The translations under genes were made by a program, and so were the position numbers. This document shows, one piece after another, positions 40,042-50,750 of a stretch of DNA of 64,000 bases. The notes under the pieces were generated by a model. It saw nothing but the letters and a program-made list of their open reading frames with translations, ran no database searches and was not told where the DNA came from. Numbering within the stretch: the stretch's first letter is position 1; the number at the start of each line of letters is the position of its first letter. Origin of the DNA: Candidatus Calescibacterium sp. (lineage in GTDB: Bacteria > Calescibacteriota > Calescibacteriia > Calescibacteriales > Calescibacteriaceae); the NCBI GenBank assembly GCA_032249135.1, contig JAVVGL010000005.1, forward strand, positions 40,995-104,994, written 5' to 3'.

Positions 40042-41463
40042 ATGAAGGTGGAAAGATTACTTATTGATACTGAAACACCTATATCTATTTTTCTCAAACT
40101 CAAAGCAAGTGGATTTAAACCTTTATACCTACTTGAAAGCGCAGAAGAACCGGAAAAATGGGGAAGATACTCATTTTTGGGCTTCGGAGAACCAAAAGCT
40201 AAAATAAAATACTTTATAGATGAAAAAGAAATAGATGAAAGAGATAAAGAAGCAGAAAAAGAAAAAGAAAAAGAAAACAAAAAAAATAGTAAAAAAAAGT
40301 TTCTTGACATTTTAAATGAAGAGCTTAAAAAAATAAAAGGCAAGTATTCGGAGTTTTTGCAAGAATTCAAGAAAGAAAGCGGAATTCAAAGAGTCCCTTT
40401 TGGTCTTGTAGGATTTATAGGATATGACCTATTTTCAGAATTTGACAAAGTAAATACAATAAAAGGTAAAGCTTCTCTTGGAATCCCGGATTCAGTTCTG
40501 GTTTTCACTCCAAATATAATAATTTTTGACAATCTCAAAAGAGATATAATTTTGCTATCAGAAGATGTAAGTATGGATGAAATAAAAAAAGTTCTAAAAA
40601 AATCAATAGATCCTTCAACAAAAAAATTCAAAGTGAAAAAAATTCACGACAAAGTCAAAAAAGAAGAGTTTGAAGATATGGTAAAAAAAGGAATCCAAAG
40701 AATATACATGGGAGATGTTATTCAAGTCGTCCTTTCAAGACAAAAAGAAATAGAAGTAAAAGGAAAAATAGATGAGTTCTCCCTTTACAGAATTTTGAGA
40801 ATAAAAAATCCTTCTCCTTACATGTATTTTGCTGATTTTGATGATATAAAAATAGTTGGAACCTCTCCTGAGATACTTGTGAGGGTTGAAAATGGTGTAG
40901 CTACAACGCTTCCAATAGCAGGAACAAGAAAAAGAGGGGAAACAGAAGAAGAAGATAGAAAACTTGAAGAGGAGCTTCTTGCAGATGAAAAAGAGTTAGC
41001 AGAACATGTTATGCTTGTTGACCTTGCAAGAAATGACATAGGAAAAGTTTCATATCCCGGAACAGTAAGAGTAAAAAAATTTGCTTACATAAAAAAGTTA
41101 TCAAGAGTTATGCATATAGTATCGGAGGTTGAGGGTAAAATAAAAGAAACACATCTTGAAGTTTTGAGGTCTTGTTTTCCAGCAGGAACGGTTGTCGGGG
41201 CTCCAAAAATTGAGGCAGCAAAAATAATTTCAGAACTTGAAAAAGAAAGGAGAGGTCCATATGCAGGCGCAATAGGTTATTTTTCCGCAGATGACAATAT
41301 GGATACAGCAATCTTAATAAGAACGGCTTTCATATACGAAAACAAAATAAAAATTCAGGCGGGAGCCGGAATTGTCTTTTATTCAGTTCCAGAAAGAGAA
41401 TATTTTGAAACAGAGCACAAACTAAAAGCCCTTGAAGAATCTATAAATGCACTTGCAGAATGA
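40042..41463 (+). CDS. trpE: Anthranilate synthase component I
   Basis: LLESAE..WGRYSF, NPSPYMY, PIAGTRKRG, EHVMLVDLARND, FPAGTVVGAPK, QAGAGIV. PabB not fully excluded. Confidence 0.85.
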   Translation: MKVERLLIDTETPISIFLKLKASGFKPLYLLESAEEPEKWGRYSFLGFGEPKAKIKYFIDEKEIDERDKEAEKEKEKENKKNSKKKFLDILNEELKKIKGKYSEFLQEFKKESGIQRVPFGLVGFIGYDLFSEFDKVNTIKGKASLGIPDSVLVFTPNIIIFDNLKRDIILLSEDVSMDEIKKVLKKSIDPSTKKFKVKKIHDKVKKEEFEDMVKKGIQRIYMGDVIQVVLSRQKEIEVKGKIDEFSLYRILRIKNPSPYMYFADFDDIKIVGTSPEILVRVENGVATTLPIAGTRKRGETEEEDRKLEEELLADEKELAEHVMLVDLARNDIGKVSYPGTVRVKKFAYIKKLSRVMHIVSEVEGKIKETHLEVLRSCFPAGTVVGAPKIEAAKIISELEKERRGPYAGAIGYFSADDNMDTAILIRTAFIYENKIKIQAGAGIVFYSVPEREYFETEHKLKALEESINALAE

Positions 41464-41619
41464 AAAGAAGAAAAACAATAAAAAAAGACAAAATAAATAA
41501 AAAAATTTATCAGAACTTGATACGAAAATGAAAAAATTCCTGAAAAAAATCTTCAAAGAAAAACAAATTTTAGAATACAAAAGAAATATACCATAAAAAA
41601 TATGGGAGGTGAAGGTAAA

Positions 41620-42018
41620 ATGAAGACAAAAAAAATTGCATTAGGAGGGATAGCAGCTCTCTCATTTGTTATTCTTTCGGCGCATGAAGTAAAAGCAGAG
41701 GATATGTTGCAGATTGCAAATCAAAAAGGGTGTTTAGCTTGTCATCAGATAGATAAACAGGTTGTAGGTCCAGCATGGATTGAAGTTTCAAAAAAATATA
41801 CAGAAAAAGACATTCCTCAGCTTGTAAATTCAGTCCTCAACGGCTCAATGGGAAAATGGGGGCAAGTTCCTATGCCTGCAAATAAAGGTTTGGTCACAGA
41901 AGAAGAAGCCAAAAAACTTGTAACATGGATAATATCTTTGAAGAATCAACAACCATCAGCAGGAACAAAGCAACCAGAAACTAAAAAAGAAGAAAAACCA
42001 AAGGGAACAAAAAAGTAA
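41620..42018 (+). CDS. Class I cytochrome c (c551/c552 type)
   Basis: Signal peptide, CLACH heme motif, VGPAW, GKWGQVPMP (Met ligand); SD GGAGGT. Confidence 0.92.
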   Translation: MKTKKIALGGIAALSFVILSAHEVKAEDMLQIANQKGCLACHQIDKQVVGPAWIEVSKKYTEKDIPQLVNSVLNGSMGKWGQVPMPANKGLVTEEEAKKLVTWIISLKNQQPSAGTKQPETKKEEKPKGTKK

Positions 42019-42070
42019 AGTTTTATTCTTATCTTCTTTCTCCGACTATTTTCACTCTCTGTCCATTATT

Positions 42071-45000
42071 CTATGGTGCGTGATGTACTATCCAATAAGC
42101 TCTATTTTGTGAGGTGAAATTAGATGAGGCAGGAGATGCGGATGTAGTAGAGATGATTGTTGAAACATCTTGTGAAATTGCATATGTAGTTATATCGAGA
42201 CCGAGCGAATCTTGTGACCTCATAGATGAACCAGAATTGAATTTTATATAGCCATCAGGAGTAATCTTCATAACAAAAATATCAGTTCCACCTCCTGAGG
42301 TTGTTGTGTATCCTGCTACTACAAAATTTCCGTCATCAGAAAGACATATTGAGCTTGCAAGGTCAGCATTAGAACCTGGTAGTCCAAATACTTTTTGCCA
42401 TTTTAAATTCCCATCCTTATCTAATCTCAAAATCCATATATCATATGTACTAGAGCCTGATACAAGACTATTAGCTGTTCCGGCGATTATAATATCACCA
42501 TTTTCTGCAACTACTGCCGAACGAGCTTCATCATCATTTGGTCCTCCAAAAGCTTTTTGCCATATAATTTCTCCATTATCTTTTCTTATTTTCAGTATCC
42601 AAATATCTCTTCCTCCTGAACCTATATATCTTTGAGCTAAATCGACGACTACGAAAGCTCCGTCTGGTGTTTCTTTTATATCCCAAGCAAATTCGTCTCC
42701 TGGAGAAAGAGGAGGATAATAATACTTTTTACTCATTTTAATATTCCCGTTCTCATCTGTTATCATTACCCAGAAGTCAAAATTAGTGGAAGATGAAAAA
42801 GTTCTTCCTGCAAAAACATAGCTTATAGAACCGCTATACGATGATGTTATGACTCTTTGGAACCTATCATCATTAGAGGTTCCGTATCTTTTCTGCCACA
42901 CAACAGAACCATCAGAAGAGTTTATTTTTAGTATCCAAGCGTCTTCTTTATTTCCTGGTGCACCGAAAGATTGTGTATAACCCGTAACAATAATGTATTC
43001 TGTTCCGCCTTCTTGAGATATTGTCAAAGATCTGAATTGATCGGTAAGCGATCCCCCATAAGTGAGGGACCAGGCAAAGTTTCCATTTGAATCAAGCTTT
43101 ACGATAAATCCGTCGCTTTGATTTGGAGTCCCGGGGGTAAAAGGATATGTAACAGAGGAACCTGCTACTATGAAACTTCCATCAGAACTTTCCTTCACTT
43201 CGTAGGCTACATCAGTAAAGGGTCCACCGAACACTTTTTGCCATTGGATATTTCCATCCGGGTCAAGTTTCAAAACCCAAACATCAGTATTTGTACCGGA
43301 AATTGTCATATATCCTGCAACTATGAATCCTCCATCTTTTGTCCTTTGAATTGAGTATGCTTCATCATTTCCTGTTGAACCATAAGCTTTTGCCCAAAGC
43401 TTTGGAACAAATAAATCTATATTTTTCTCTCTTACTATCCCCCCAGATGAAGCTTTGATTTTCATAGCATAGTATCCGGAAAATACGGAAGAATCTACAT
43501 TCAAACTTACTACCTGTGTCATCTGCTGATTTATACTGATAGAGTATGGGCTCACAGATATTCCGTAAATTGTTCCGCCTGTGTTCCTATCAACAACATA
43601 GAGATTAACAAGTCCTGAAAAACCATTCTGGGGCGTTATTGTAAGGCTAAAAGTTTTTATTTGTCCAGCTGCTACTACCAAACTCACAGGATTTGGATCC
43701 GATATTTCAAAAGAAGGAGAAGGAGGAGCTGGGGTTCCCTCAGTGATGTTGAGAGAGAAAATTTTTTCTCTGAAAATACTACCTGATGAGGCTCTGAATT
43801 TGAGGGAATAATTTCCTGTAATAGCATTAGGAGAAGCTTTCACATAGATTTGTTGGGTCATCATACCTCCATAAACTCTGACACTTTGAGGGTTTAAAGT
43901 AAGCCATGTGACAACACTTGTACCGGAGAGAACATCAAAGAAAATATCTCCATAGAAACCATTTTGAGTTGTGATTTGCACCAAAAAGTATCCTTCATCT
44001 CCTTTACCGATTGTTAAACTTGGTGGGTTCAAATCAGATATATCAAAGGAGGGAAGGGGTGCTGTCCCATCTCCCGGTGGTTCTTCTGCTGGTGGTGGAG
44101 GAATTATTTTGACATCTAAATCCTCATCGTCAAATATTCTACCTGAGACTGCTCTTATTTTGAGTTTGTATTCTCCTTCTGGAATTTCTGGTTTAGCATA
44201 CAGAGTTATTGTTTGAGTTACTGGTTCAAGAATATGTAGAGAGTATGGGAATAAGTTTATTCCTTCAATTAAGCTGTTTGAGTTTCTTTCTAATATTTCA
44301 AGGAAGATTTGTCCTTTGAAATCATTTTTAGGTACGATTGAGACGCTTAAATTAGTTTTTCCGCCTCGTGGCAAAGTTATAGAGCGTGGAGCGAGTTTGG
44401 ATATTTCAAAATATTGAGGTATCTGAGGTACGACGATTGGACCGATCTGCCCGCTTACAACAACCTGAAATTTAGTATCCGATATTATATCCCCTGATAC
44501 TCCTCTTAACTTCAAATTATATGTACCTTCTTTTGCTGTGTAATTTACATTTAACACAATAGTTTGTGTTACTGGTTCAAGTAAATATATTTCATTTGGT
44601 AAGAGAGAGAAATCAAGCATTTGGCTGTTTGTATTTACATCCTTTAATTCAAGTAGAACTTTGCCTTTGAAACCATCTTGCGGAATTATTTGCACTGAAA
44701 AAGAAGCACTTCCACCTACGGGAACTATGAGTAAGTTTGGATTTGGTTCTCCTAAGCTAAAAGACGGTTGGGATAGAACCTCAATATCTATATCTTTTTC
44801 CCTGAAACCTGAATCTCCACTGCTTACTCTTATTTTTAACTCATATTTTTTCGGTTCAACAGAATCCGCTATACTTACTGTAAATGGTTGATAAGAGAGT
44901 TCGCTAATATTTGCAGCAGTTGGGAACAAATCAATCCCAGCTACATTTTTATTTGCTTCTCTATCAAGGAGTTCAAAGAAAACAACACCTGAAAACCCAC

Positions 45001-45172
45001 TTTTTGGTATTATTGTGAGAACAAAAGTTCCAGTTCCTCCCCTTTGTATTTTCAATAATTTGGGCTGTGGTTCCGAAATATCAAATGGTGGAGGGGCAGA
45101 TTTGCACGAATTTAGAAAAATACTAATTAAAAATATGAAGAAGAAGTTTAGAAAAATTAACTTTCTTTGCAT
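42071..45172 (-). CDS. Large surface lipoprotein: five Ig-like repeats plus a 7-bladed beta-propeller
   Basis: Lipobox LNSC; five ~110-aa repeats (F.IS...P..L....G....F...I.P..GF.G...Y.LKIRA.SG); seven W.K.(Y/F)GG..D..DG..IVAG repeats. Confidence 0.75.
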   Translation of the reverse strand: MQRKLIFLNFFFIFLISIFLNSCKSAPPPFDISEPQPKLLKIQRGGTGTFVLTIIPKSGFSGVVFFELLDREANKNVAGIDLFPTAANISELSYQPFTVSIADSVEPKKYELKIRVSSGDSGFREKDIDIEVLSQPSFSLGEPNPNLLIVPVGGSASFSVQIIPQDGFKGKVLLELKDVNTNSQMLDFSLLPNEIYLLEPVTQTIVLNVNYTAKEGTYNLKLRGVSGDIISDTKFQVVVSGQIGPIVVPQIPQYFEISKLAPRSITLPRGGKTNLSVSIVPKNDFKGQIFLEILERNSNSLIEGINLFPYSLHILEPVTQTITLYAKPEIPEGEYKLKIRAVSGRIFDDEDLDVKIIPPPPAEEPPGDGTAPLPSFDISDLNPPSLTIGKGDEGYFLVQITTQNGFYGDIFFDVLSGTSVVTWLTLNPQSVRVYGGMMTQQIYVKASPNAITGNYSLKFRASSGSIFREKIFSLNITEGTPAPPSPSFEISDPNPVSLVVAAGQIKTFSLTITPQNGFSGLVNLYVVDRNTGGTIYGISVSPYSISINQQMTQVVSLNVDSSVFSGYYAMKIKASSGGIVREKNIDLFVPKLWAKAYGSTGNDEAYSIQRTKDGGFIVAGYMTISGTNTDVWVLKLDPDGNIQWQKVFGGPFTDVAYEVKESSDGSFIVAGSSVTYPFTPGTPNQSDGFIVKLDSNGNFAWSLTYGGSLTDQFRSLTISQEGGTEYIIVTGYTQSFGAPGNKEDAWILKINSSDGSVVWQKRYGTSNDDRFQRVITSSYSGSISYVFAGRTFSSSTNFDFWVMITDENGNIKMSKKYYYPPLSPGDEFAWDIKETPDGAFVVVDLAQRYIGSGGRDIWILKIRKDNGEIIWQKAFGGPNDDEARSAVVAENGDIIIAGTANSLVSGSSTYDIWILRLDKDGNLKWQKVFGLPGSNADLASSICLSDDGNFVVAGYTTTSGGGTDIFVMKITPDGYIKFNSGSSMRSQDSLGLDITTYAISQDVSTIISTTSASPASSNFTSQNRAYWIVHHAP

Positions 45173-45492
45173 AATATAATTTTATTTAAACTTTTTTTTA
45201 TATTTTTCATATTTATCATTTTTTTTTATTTTTTTAATTAAGAAATATAAATTGCTCATACTAACAAACTATTACCAAAATTCTTCTGTTTCCGTCTTTT
45301 AAATTATAGTTAGTCTAACAACTTTCCATGCAGGCAAATCTTTTTTGTATATCAGCAGTGAAATGGCCGAATCCCTCAGTTTTTCGTCCAAACATATAGA
45401 GAAGATTAACTATAAGAGGAATTATCTGCAAATTATAGTCCTATTGTTAAAAATCAAAGATTTCATACCTTATCTTTTTGTTCAACCAGCTG

Positions 45493-46596
45493 CTACCTTC
45501 TTTCTCCAACTATTTTCACTTTCTGCCCATCGTAGATTCTATCTGAAACTGGTGATATAACTTGAGTTATGCCTTCTGGAATTTTTACGAGAGCAAAATC
45601 TGAAAGGTTCTCAATAACAGAAACTTTTACTTTACGAGCGGTTCCGTTATCAGCAGAAAAAACAAACTCTCCTTCTTGTGAAATATAAATAGCCTCATAA
45701 GGCAGAAGATATAAACCGTCTGATTGGGATTTATCAGATTGAGAGATTTTCAAATATGCAACCCCCAAAAGGTTTGCGGGAACGCTTTCAGATAAATCTA
45801 TAACTACATCAAATCCAGTTCCAGCCGATGAAGGTTTTATACTTGAAACTCTACCCTTTACCACTTTTTTTAAAGAAGGAAATTCAACATCCAAAATATC
45901 CCCTATTTTTAATTTTGTTATATCTTTCTCTGCAATTTTACCCAGAAAGAAAGTTTTTGAACTTTGTATCACAAATATAGGAGATTGAGGTCCAACAAAA
46001 GAGCCTACATCTGCTCTTTTTTCAACTACTATTCCATCGTAAGGAGCAACTATGTTAGTTTCGTTAAGGTCAATTTCCGCTTTTTCTAAATTTTTCTTTG
46101 CAGTCTCATAAGCTGCAAGTAAGCTTTGATAGTTTGATTTTGCATTATCGTATTCTGCTTGCGCTATTGATTTTGTTTTTATAAGGTTTTCAGCTCTTTC
46201 ATAGTTTATCTTTGCAAGTTCAAGTTGAGCCTTTATCCTTTCAAGTTCGGCTCTCGCTCTCTCCAAATTGTTCTTATAATCTGTATCATCAATTTTTGCA
46301 AGAACCTGACCCTTTTTTACTCTGAAACCAATATCAACAAAAAGCTTCACAATCCTCCCTGAAACTTTTGAAGATATGACAGATTGCTGTTCAGGTTGTG
46401 TAGAACCTACAAAAGATATTGAAGGAGAGGAAGAATTTTTTTCTTTGGTCAAAGTTATAACAAAAACCCCAACCTCATCCTTCTTCCCCTGAAATGTTGG
46501 AACTTTCTCATTTTCTTTATTTTTCCCAACTTTTCCGCATGAGAAAAAAACAGAAAGCAAAAAAACAACAGCGAAACTTTTTTTAATTTTTCCCAT
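45493..46596 (-). CDS. RND efflux periplasmic adaptor (MFP) lipoprotein
   Basis: Lipobox FFSC; SKVSGRIVKLFVDIGFRVKKGQVLAKID, coiled hairpin, IVAPYDGIV. Confidence 0.9.
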   Translation of the reverse strand: MGKIKKSFAVVFLLSVFFSCGKVGKNKENEKVPTFQGKKDEVGVFVITLTKEKNSSSPSISFVGSTQPEQQSVISSKVSGRIVKLFVDIGFRVKKGQVLAKIDDTDYKNNLERARAELERIKAQLELAKINYERAENLIKTKSIAQAEYDNAKSNYQSLLAAYETAKKNLEKAEIDLNETNIVAPYDGIVVEKRADVGSFVGPQSPIFVIQSSKTFFLGKIAEKDITKLKIGDILDVEFPSLKKVVKGRVSSIKPSSAGTGFDVVIDLSESVPANLLGVAYLKISQSDKSQSDGLYLLPYEAIYISQEGEFVFSADNGTARKVKVSVIENLSDFALVKIPEGITQVISPVSDRIYDGQKVKIVGERR

Positions 46597-46677
46597 AAAA
46601 ATGAATTTTAAACTTCAATTACCACTCAAAATATTTCACAAAAAGAAATCCCCCAAGTTTCAGACTAAAATTTTGCT

Positions 46678-49600
46678 ATGAACCTACCGCAGATTTCTGT
46701 TTCAAGACCTGCAGGTATAACTGTAATTTATGTTTCTTTGATTGTCGTGGCTCTTTTTGCTTCAAGAATAATTCCAGTTGATATATTACCACCAGTAGAA
46801 CCACCTTTTGTTTCCGTAGCTATAACATATCAGAGCGCCTCACCAGAACAGATAGAACAAATGATAGTAAAGCAAGTAGAGGAAGCGGTGAAAGTAGTTG
46901 AAGGTGTTGAGGAAATATCATCAATTTGTGAGCAAGGGGTAGCAGTTGTTCAAGTGAAATTCAGAGTCGGAGAAAACCTTGATTACGCTGTCCAAAGAAT
47001 AAATGAACGTCTTGAATTCATAAAGAGAACCATACAAGATACAAACATTCAATTTTCAGTTTTGAGATTTACTTCATCAGCTTTTCCTGTTCTGTTTCTG
47101 GGAGTTTCAGGAAAAAGAGATAGAGCCTCTTTATACAAAGTTCTTGATGAGATAATATCGCCCTATATATCAAGCCTTCCTGGCGTAGGAGGTGTTCTTA
47201 TTTTAGCAGATGCACAAAGGAATGTAAATATATGGGTAGATCCCCAGAAAATGAGAAAATATGATATAGGTATCGCAGAGGTAAAGAACGCAATAGCACA
47301 ATATAATGGAGATTTCTCTGCTGGGAAAATAACGCTCGGAAGAACATCAATATACGCAACTTTGAAAAGCAAACCAAAAACAAAATCAGATATTGAAAAC
47401 ATAGTAGTCGGGGTAAAAGGAGGGGTACCTGTAAAGTTAAAAGACATAGCAGAAGTGGAGGTTTCGTCAAGATATGTTGATTCTTCTCGTTCATACTTTT
47501 TTGAAGGAGGAAATCAAGAAACAGTTATTTTGTATCTTGTGAGAAAAAGACCTGGGGCAAACATAGTTGAAGTAAGTAATAATGTAAAAGCAGCTCTTGA
47601 AAAAATATCCGAAAAAGTTCCAGCTGATATAAAAATTAGAGTTCTACTTGATTTTGCAGATTCAATAAGAAGCACAATAGAAGAACTTAGAACAACCTTA
47701 TATTATGCGGTTTTAGCAGTTATTATTGTTGTATTTATATTTTTGAGGAGCATAAGAGAAAGTCTAATTCTTGCAACATCTATTCCGACATCTCTTTTAT
47801 TTTCTATTCTATTCCTATATTTTCTTGGCAAAAGTCTGAATTTGATCACGCTTTCCGCAATTATAATTTCATCTGGTATAGTTATTGATAACTCAATAGT
47901 TGTTCTTGAAAGTATAAGGAGAAGATTGGAGGAAGGATTACCTTTTCGGGAGGCGATCGTAAAAGGGGCTAATTATGTTTTCACTGCTTTGCTTGGTTCA
48001 ACAATAACAAACTTTATCGTCTATGCGCCGATAGTTTTCTTGAAGGGATTAGCTTTCTTCATATTTATTGATTTTGTTATAGTTATAGCTACATCATCAA
48101 TTATTTCGTTATTTGTTGCTATCTCGCTTATCCCAGCGTTATCTTCAAGACTTTTGAAGAAAAAAGAAGAATCAAAAAGCGTTGAACCCACATCAAGATG
48201 GCTTGAAGAAAAATATAAAAAAGCACTTGGATTTGTGGTAAAACATCCGGTAATATCAACAACACTTCTTATTTTGATATCAATAGTACCATTTTCTTTA
48301 TCACGAAAGATTAAAAAAGAATTCATACCAGTTCAGGAAGCACAAGATATGAGAATTTTCATCTATCTTCCGAAGACCGCAAGCTGGAAATGGGCAGAAG
48401 AAGTTGCTTTTAAAGTTAAAGATGAGATAATGAAGAAAATGGCTCAAAATACAGAATATATCTTTTTAAGGTATGGAGAATCAGCTTTCGGTAGGGCTTT
48501 CGGAAGAGCTCAAAGATTCACAGAAGCAGATAACCTTATTCTTATGGGACTGAGATTCAAAAACCTAAAATATAACGAAGCTTACAAGATAGTATCAAAT
48601 ATACTTTCAGAGGAACCGAATATAGAAGAGTTCAGAATAATACCAGCAAACCCTATAAACCTTTTCATATTTGGGCAATCAAGAGGAATTGAAATGAGAG
48701 TTTATTCAGATGTTGCGGAAGAAGATTATGTTAAATTCATAGAAAGATTATTAGCTCTGCGAGATTTTTTAAGGAAACAAGATTTTGTAAGGTCAGCAGA
48801 TATTGAAGTTGAAAAACCTGTTCCTGAACTCCAACTTTTACTCACAGATTCAGGAAAATACAAAGGATTTACGCCAGCATATCTTGGAGATTATCTATCA
48901 ACTATCATAACGGGAACTCAAGTAGGAACTGTAACTTTCGGTGGAGAAGACTTCAAAATTTTTCTGAGATCAAAAGAAGGGAAAGAGGTAAAAATAGAAG
49001 AGTTTTTAAATACTCCTGTAAAAACTCCAATTCCAATTCAACAAGATGGCTATATGTACCTTTCAGATGTGGTAAAATATAAATTTGGGCTCTCTCCATC
49101 AGAAATTTACAGAATAAATGGATTTAGAGTAGGGATTATATCAATAGATACTACCGAGGCATCTGTGACAGCAGCTGAAAAGATAAAAAAACTTGTCAAA
49201 GAAAACTTTCCAGAATTTGATATAGAATTCGGAGGAGCAGTTCAGGAAGCATCCAAAACCTTTTTAAACCTTTTAATGCTGATGGCTCTTGCTATTTTCC
49301 TTGTTTGGGCATCTATGGTTGTTGTACTTGAATCCTTTTCAGCTCCATTCATTATACTTTTAACAATACCACCAGCAATATCGGGGACATTTTTAGCTAT
49401 GTTCCTAACAAACACATCTTTATCTTTGATCTCTTTTCTTTCCATATTCCTACTTGAAGGAATAGTAGTAAATAATGGAATAGTTCTACTTGATGTTATA
49501 ATAAAAAAAGAAAGAGAAGAAGGTTTAAGCTGGAAAGACGCCGTAATTTTAGGTGCATCTGAGAGGTTAAGACCAATTCTTATGACATCTTTGACAACAA

Positions 49601-49773
49601 TAATAGGAGTCGTCCCATCAATTTTCTCCACAAGCCAAAGTTTGGTTGGAGGAAAAGAATTTGCAATACCAACAGCAGGAGGACTCATATTATCAACAAC
49701 TCTGACATTATTCCTTATGCCAGCAATTTATTCGCTAATAAAAACTATATCAGCCAAACTGAAAGGAGCTTGA
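46678..49773 (+). CDS. RND efflux transporter permease (AcrB/AcrD/AcrF family)
   Basis: 1031 aa; SVSRP, GANIVEV, GIVIDNSIVVLE, GIVVNNGIVL, RLRPILMTSLTT. Confidence 0.93.
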   Translation: MNLPQISVSRPAGITVIYVSLIVVALFASRIIPVDILPPVEPPFVSVAITYQSASPEQIEQMIVKQVEEAVKVVEGVEEISSICEQGVAVVQVKFRVGENLDYAVQRINERLEFIKRTIQDTNIQFSVLRFTSSAFPVLFLGVSGKRDRASLYKVLDEIISPYISSLPGVGGVLILADAQRNVNIWVDPQKMRKYDIGIAEVKNAIAQYNGDFSAGKITLGRTSIYATLKSKPKTKSDIENIVVGVKGGVPVKLKDIAEVEVSSRYVDSSRSYFFEGGNQETVILYLVRKRPGANIVEVSNNVKAALEKISEKVPADIKIRVLLDFADSIRSTIEELRTTLYYAVLAVIIVVFIFLRSIRESLILATSIPTSLLFSILFLYFLGKSLNLITLSAIIISSGIVIDNSIVVLESIRRRLEEGLPFREAIVKGANYVFTALLGSTITNFIVYAPIVFLKGLAFFIFIDFVIVIATSSIISLFVAISLIPALSSRLLKKKEESKSVEPTSRWLEEKYKKALGFVVKHPVISTTLLILISIVPFSLSRKIKKEFIPVQEAQDMRIFIYLPKTASWKWAEEVAFKVKDEIMKKMAQNTEYIFLRYGESAFGRAFGRAQRFTEADNLILMGLRFKNLKYNEAYKIVSNILSEEPNIEEFRIIPANPINLFIFGQSRGIEMRVYSDVAEEDYVKFIERLLALRDFLRKQDFVRSADIEVEKPVPELQLLLTDSGKYKGFTPAYLGDYLSTIITGTQVGTVTFGGEDFKIFLRSKEGKEVKIEEFLNTPVKTPIPIQQDGYMYLSDVVKYKFGLSPSEIYRINGFRVGIISIDTTEASVTAAEKIKKLVKENFPEFDIEFGGAVQEASKTFLNLLMLMALAIFLVWASMVVVLESFSAPFIILLTIPPAISGTFLAMFLTNTSLSLISFLSIFLLEGIVVNNGIVLLDVIIKKEREEGLSWKDAVILGASERLRPILMTSLTTIIGVVPSIFSTSQSLVGGKEFAIPTAGGLILSTTLTLFLMPAIYSLIKTISAKLKGA

Positions 49774-49828
49774 TTGAAAAAACGAAAAAAGATTGATTGA
49801 AAAACAAGAAAGTCCGGTAGATAGAACT

Positions 49829-50611
49829 TTAAAACTCTGCTACTAAGCTTTCCTTCATTATTTCTTTTATATCTATGACGACTATGGGTTTGTTATCTCT
49901 TCTCAAAACTCCTCTTGCATATTTTGAACCTGAAAATTTCACAGATGTTATAGGTTCAAGTTCATCTACATAATATACAGAGACCTCGCTGACATCATCA
50001 ACAAAAACTCCGAACTGAAAACCTTCTTCATCCTCCACAACCAAAATTTTGCTCTTTTTGCTTTTTTCAGGGTCAAGATCTTCCATTCCGAAAAACCTTC
50101 TTAAAGAAATTACAGGAAAAATCCTACCTCTCAAATTCATTATTCCAAGCACATGATAATGAACATTCGGAACAGGAGTTATTTTTCCAGCTCTGACTAC
50201 TTCCCTTATATTCTCAACATCAACTCCGTAGAACTCCTCCCCTAACTTGAAGTTAAGAATATAAGAAGCTTTTCTGACAACCTCTTCTTTCTTTTTCTTA
50301 TCTTCCCTCTTCCTTTCAGCAGGTTGCTGGACCTGTGGAGATGGCTGATATTGCGGTTGTTGTGTCTGCTGCGGGACCGGATACTGAAAAGCAGGAGGTT
50401 GAAAAGTTGGAGGGAACGGGATTTGCGGAACAACTTGCGGAGTTACAACTGGAACCTGCTGAGGAATAAAGATTTGTTGCTGAACACCTGAAACTTCTTG
50501 ACCTTGCTGTTGTGGAATCTGAGGTTCTTGTCCCGAAGGTTTTCCCCATATACTCTCACCTAAAATTTCCTCTCCTATATCCTCAAAAGGATCTTTTCCG
50601 AAAATACCCAT
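49829..50611 (-). CDS. cheW: CheW-domain protein with Gln/Pro-rich N-terminal extension
   Basis: C-terminal FKLGEEFYGVDVENIREVV..ITPVPN..LGIMNLRGRIFPVISLR..FGVFVDDV. Confidence 0.85.
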   Translation of the reverse strand: MGIFGKDPFEDIGEEILGESIWGKPSGQEPQIPQQQGQEVSGVQQQIFIPQQVPVVTPQVVPQIPFPPTFQPPAFQYPVPQQTQQPQYQPSPQVQQPAERKREDKKKKEEVVRKASYILNFKLGEEFYGVDVENIREVVRAGKITPVPNVHYHVLGIMNLRGRIFPVISLRRFFGMEDLDPEKSKKSKILVVEDEEGFQFGVFVDDVSEVSVYYVDELEPITSVKFSGSKYARGVLRRDNKPIVVIDIKEIMKESLVAEF

Positions 50612-50750
50612 TTAATAAAAATTATAATACTTTTTATTTTATTTATATTTCGGATTATTTTTTTTCATTTTCATTTTTTTATTTTTTTTAGTATTTCCCC
50701 CAAACTTTATTTTTTCTTCTTTGATTTTTCTCTAACTAAAATTATCTTTT

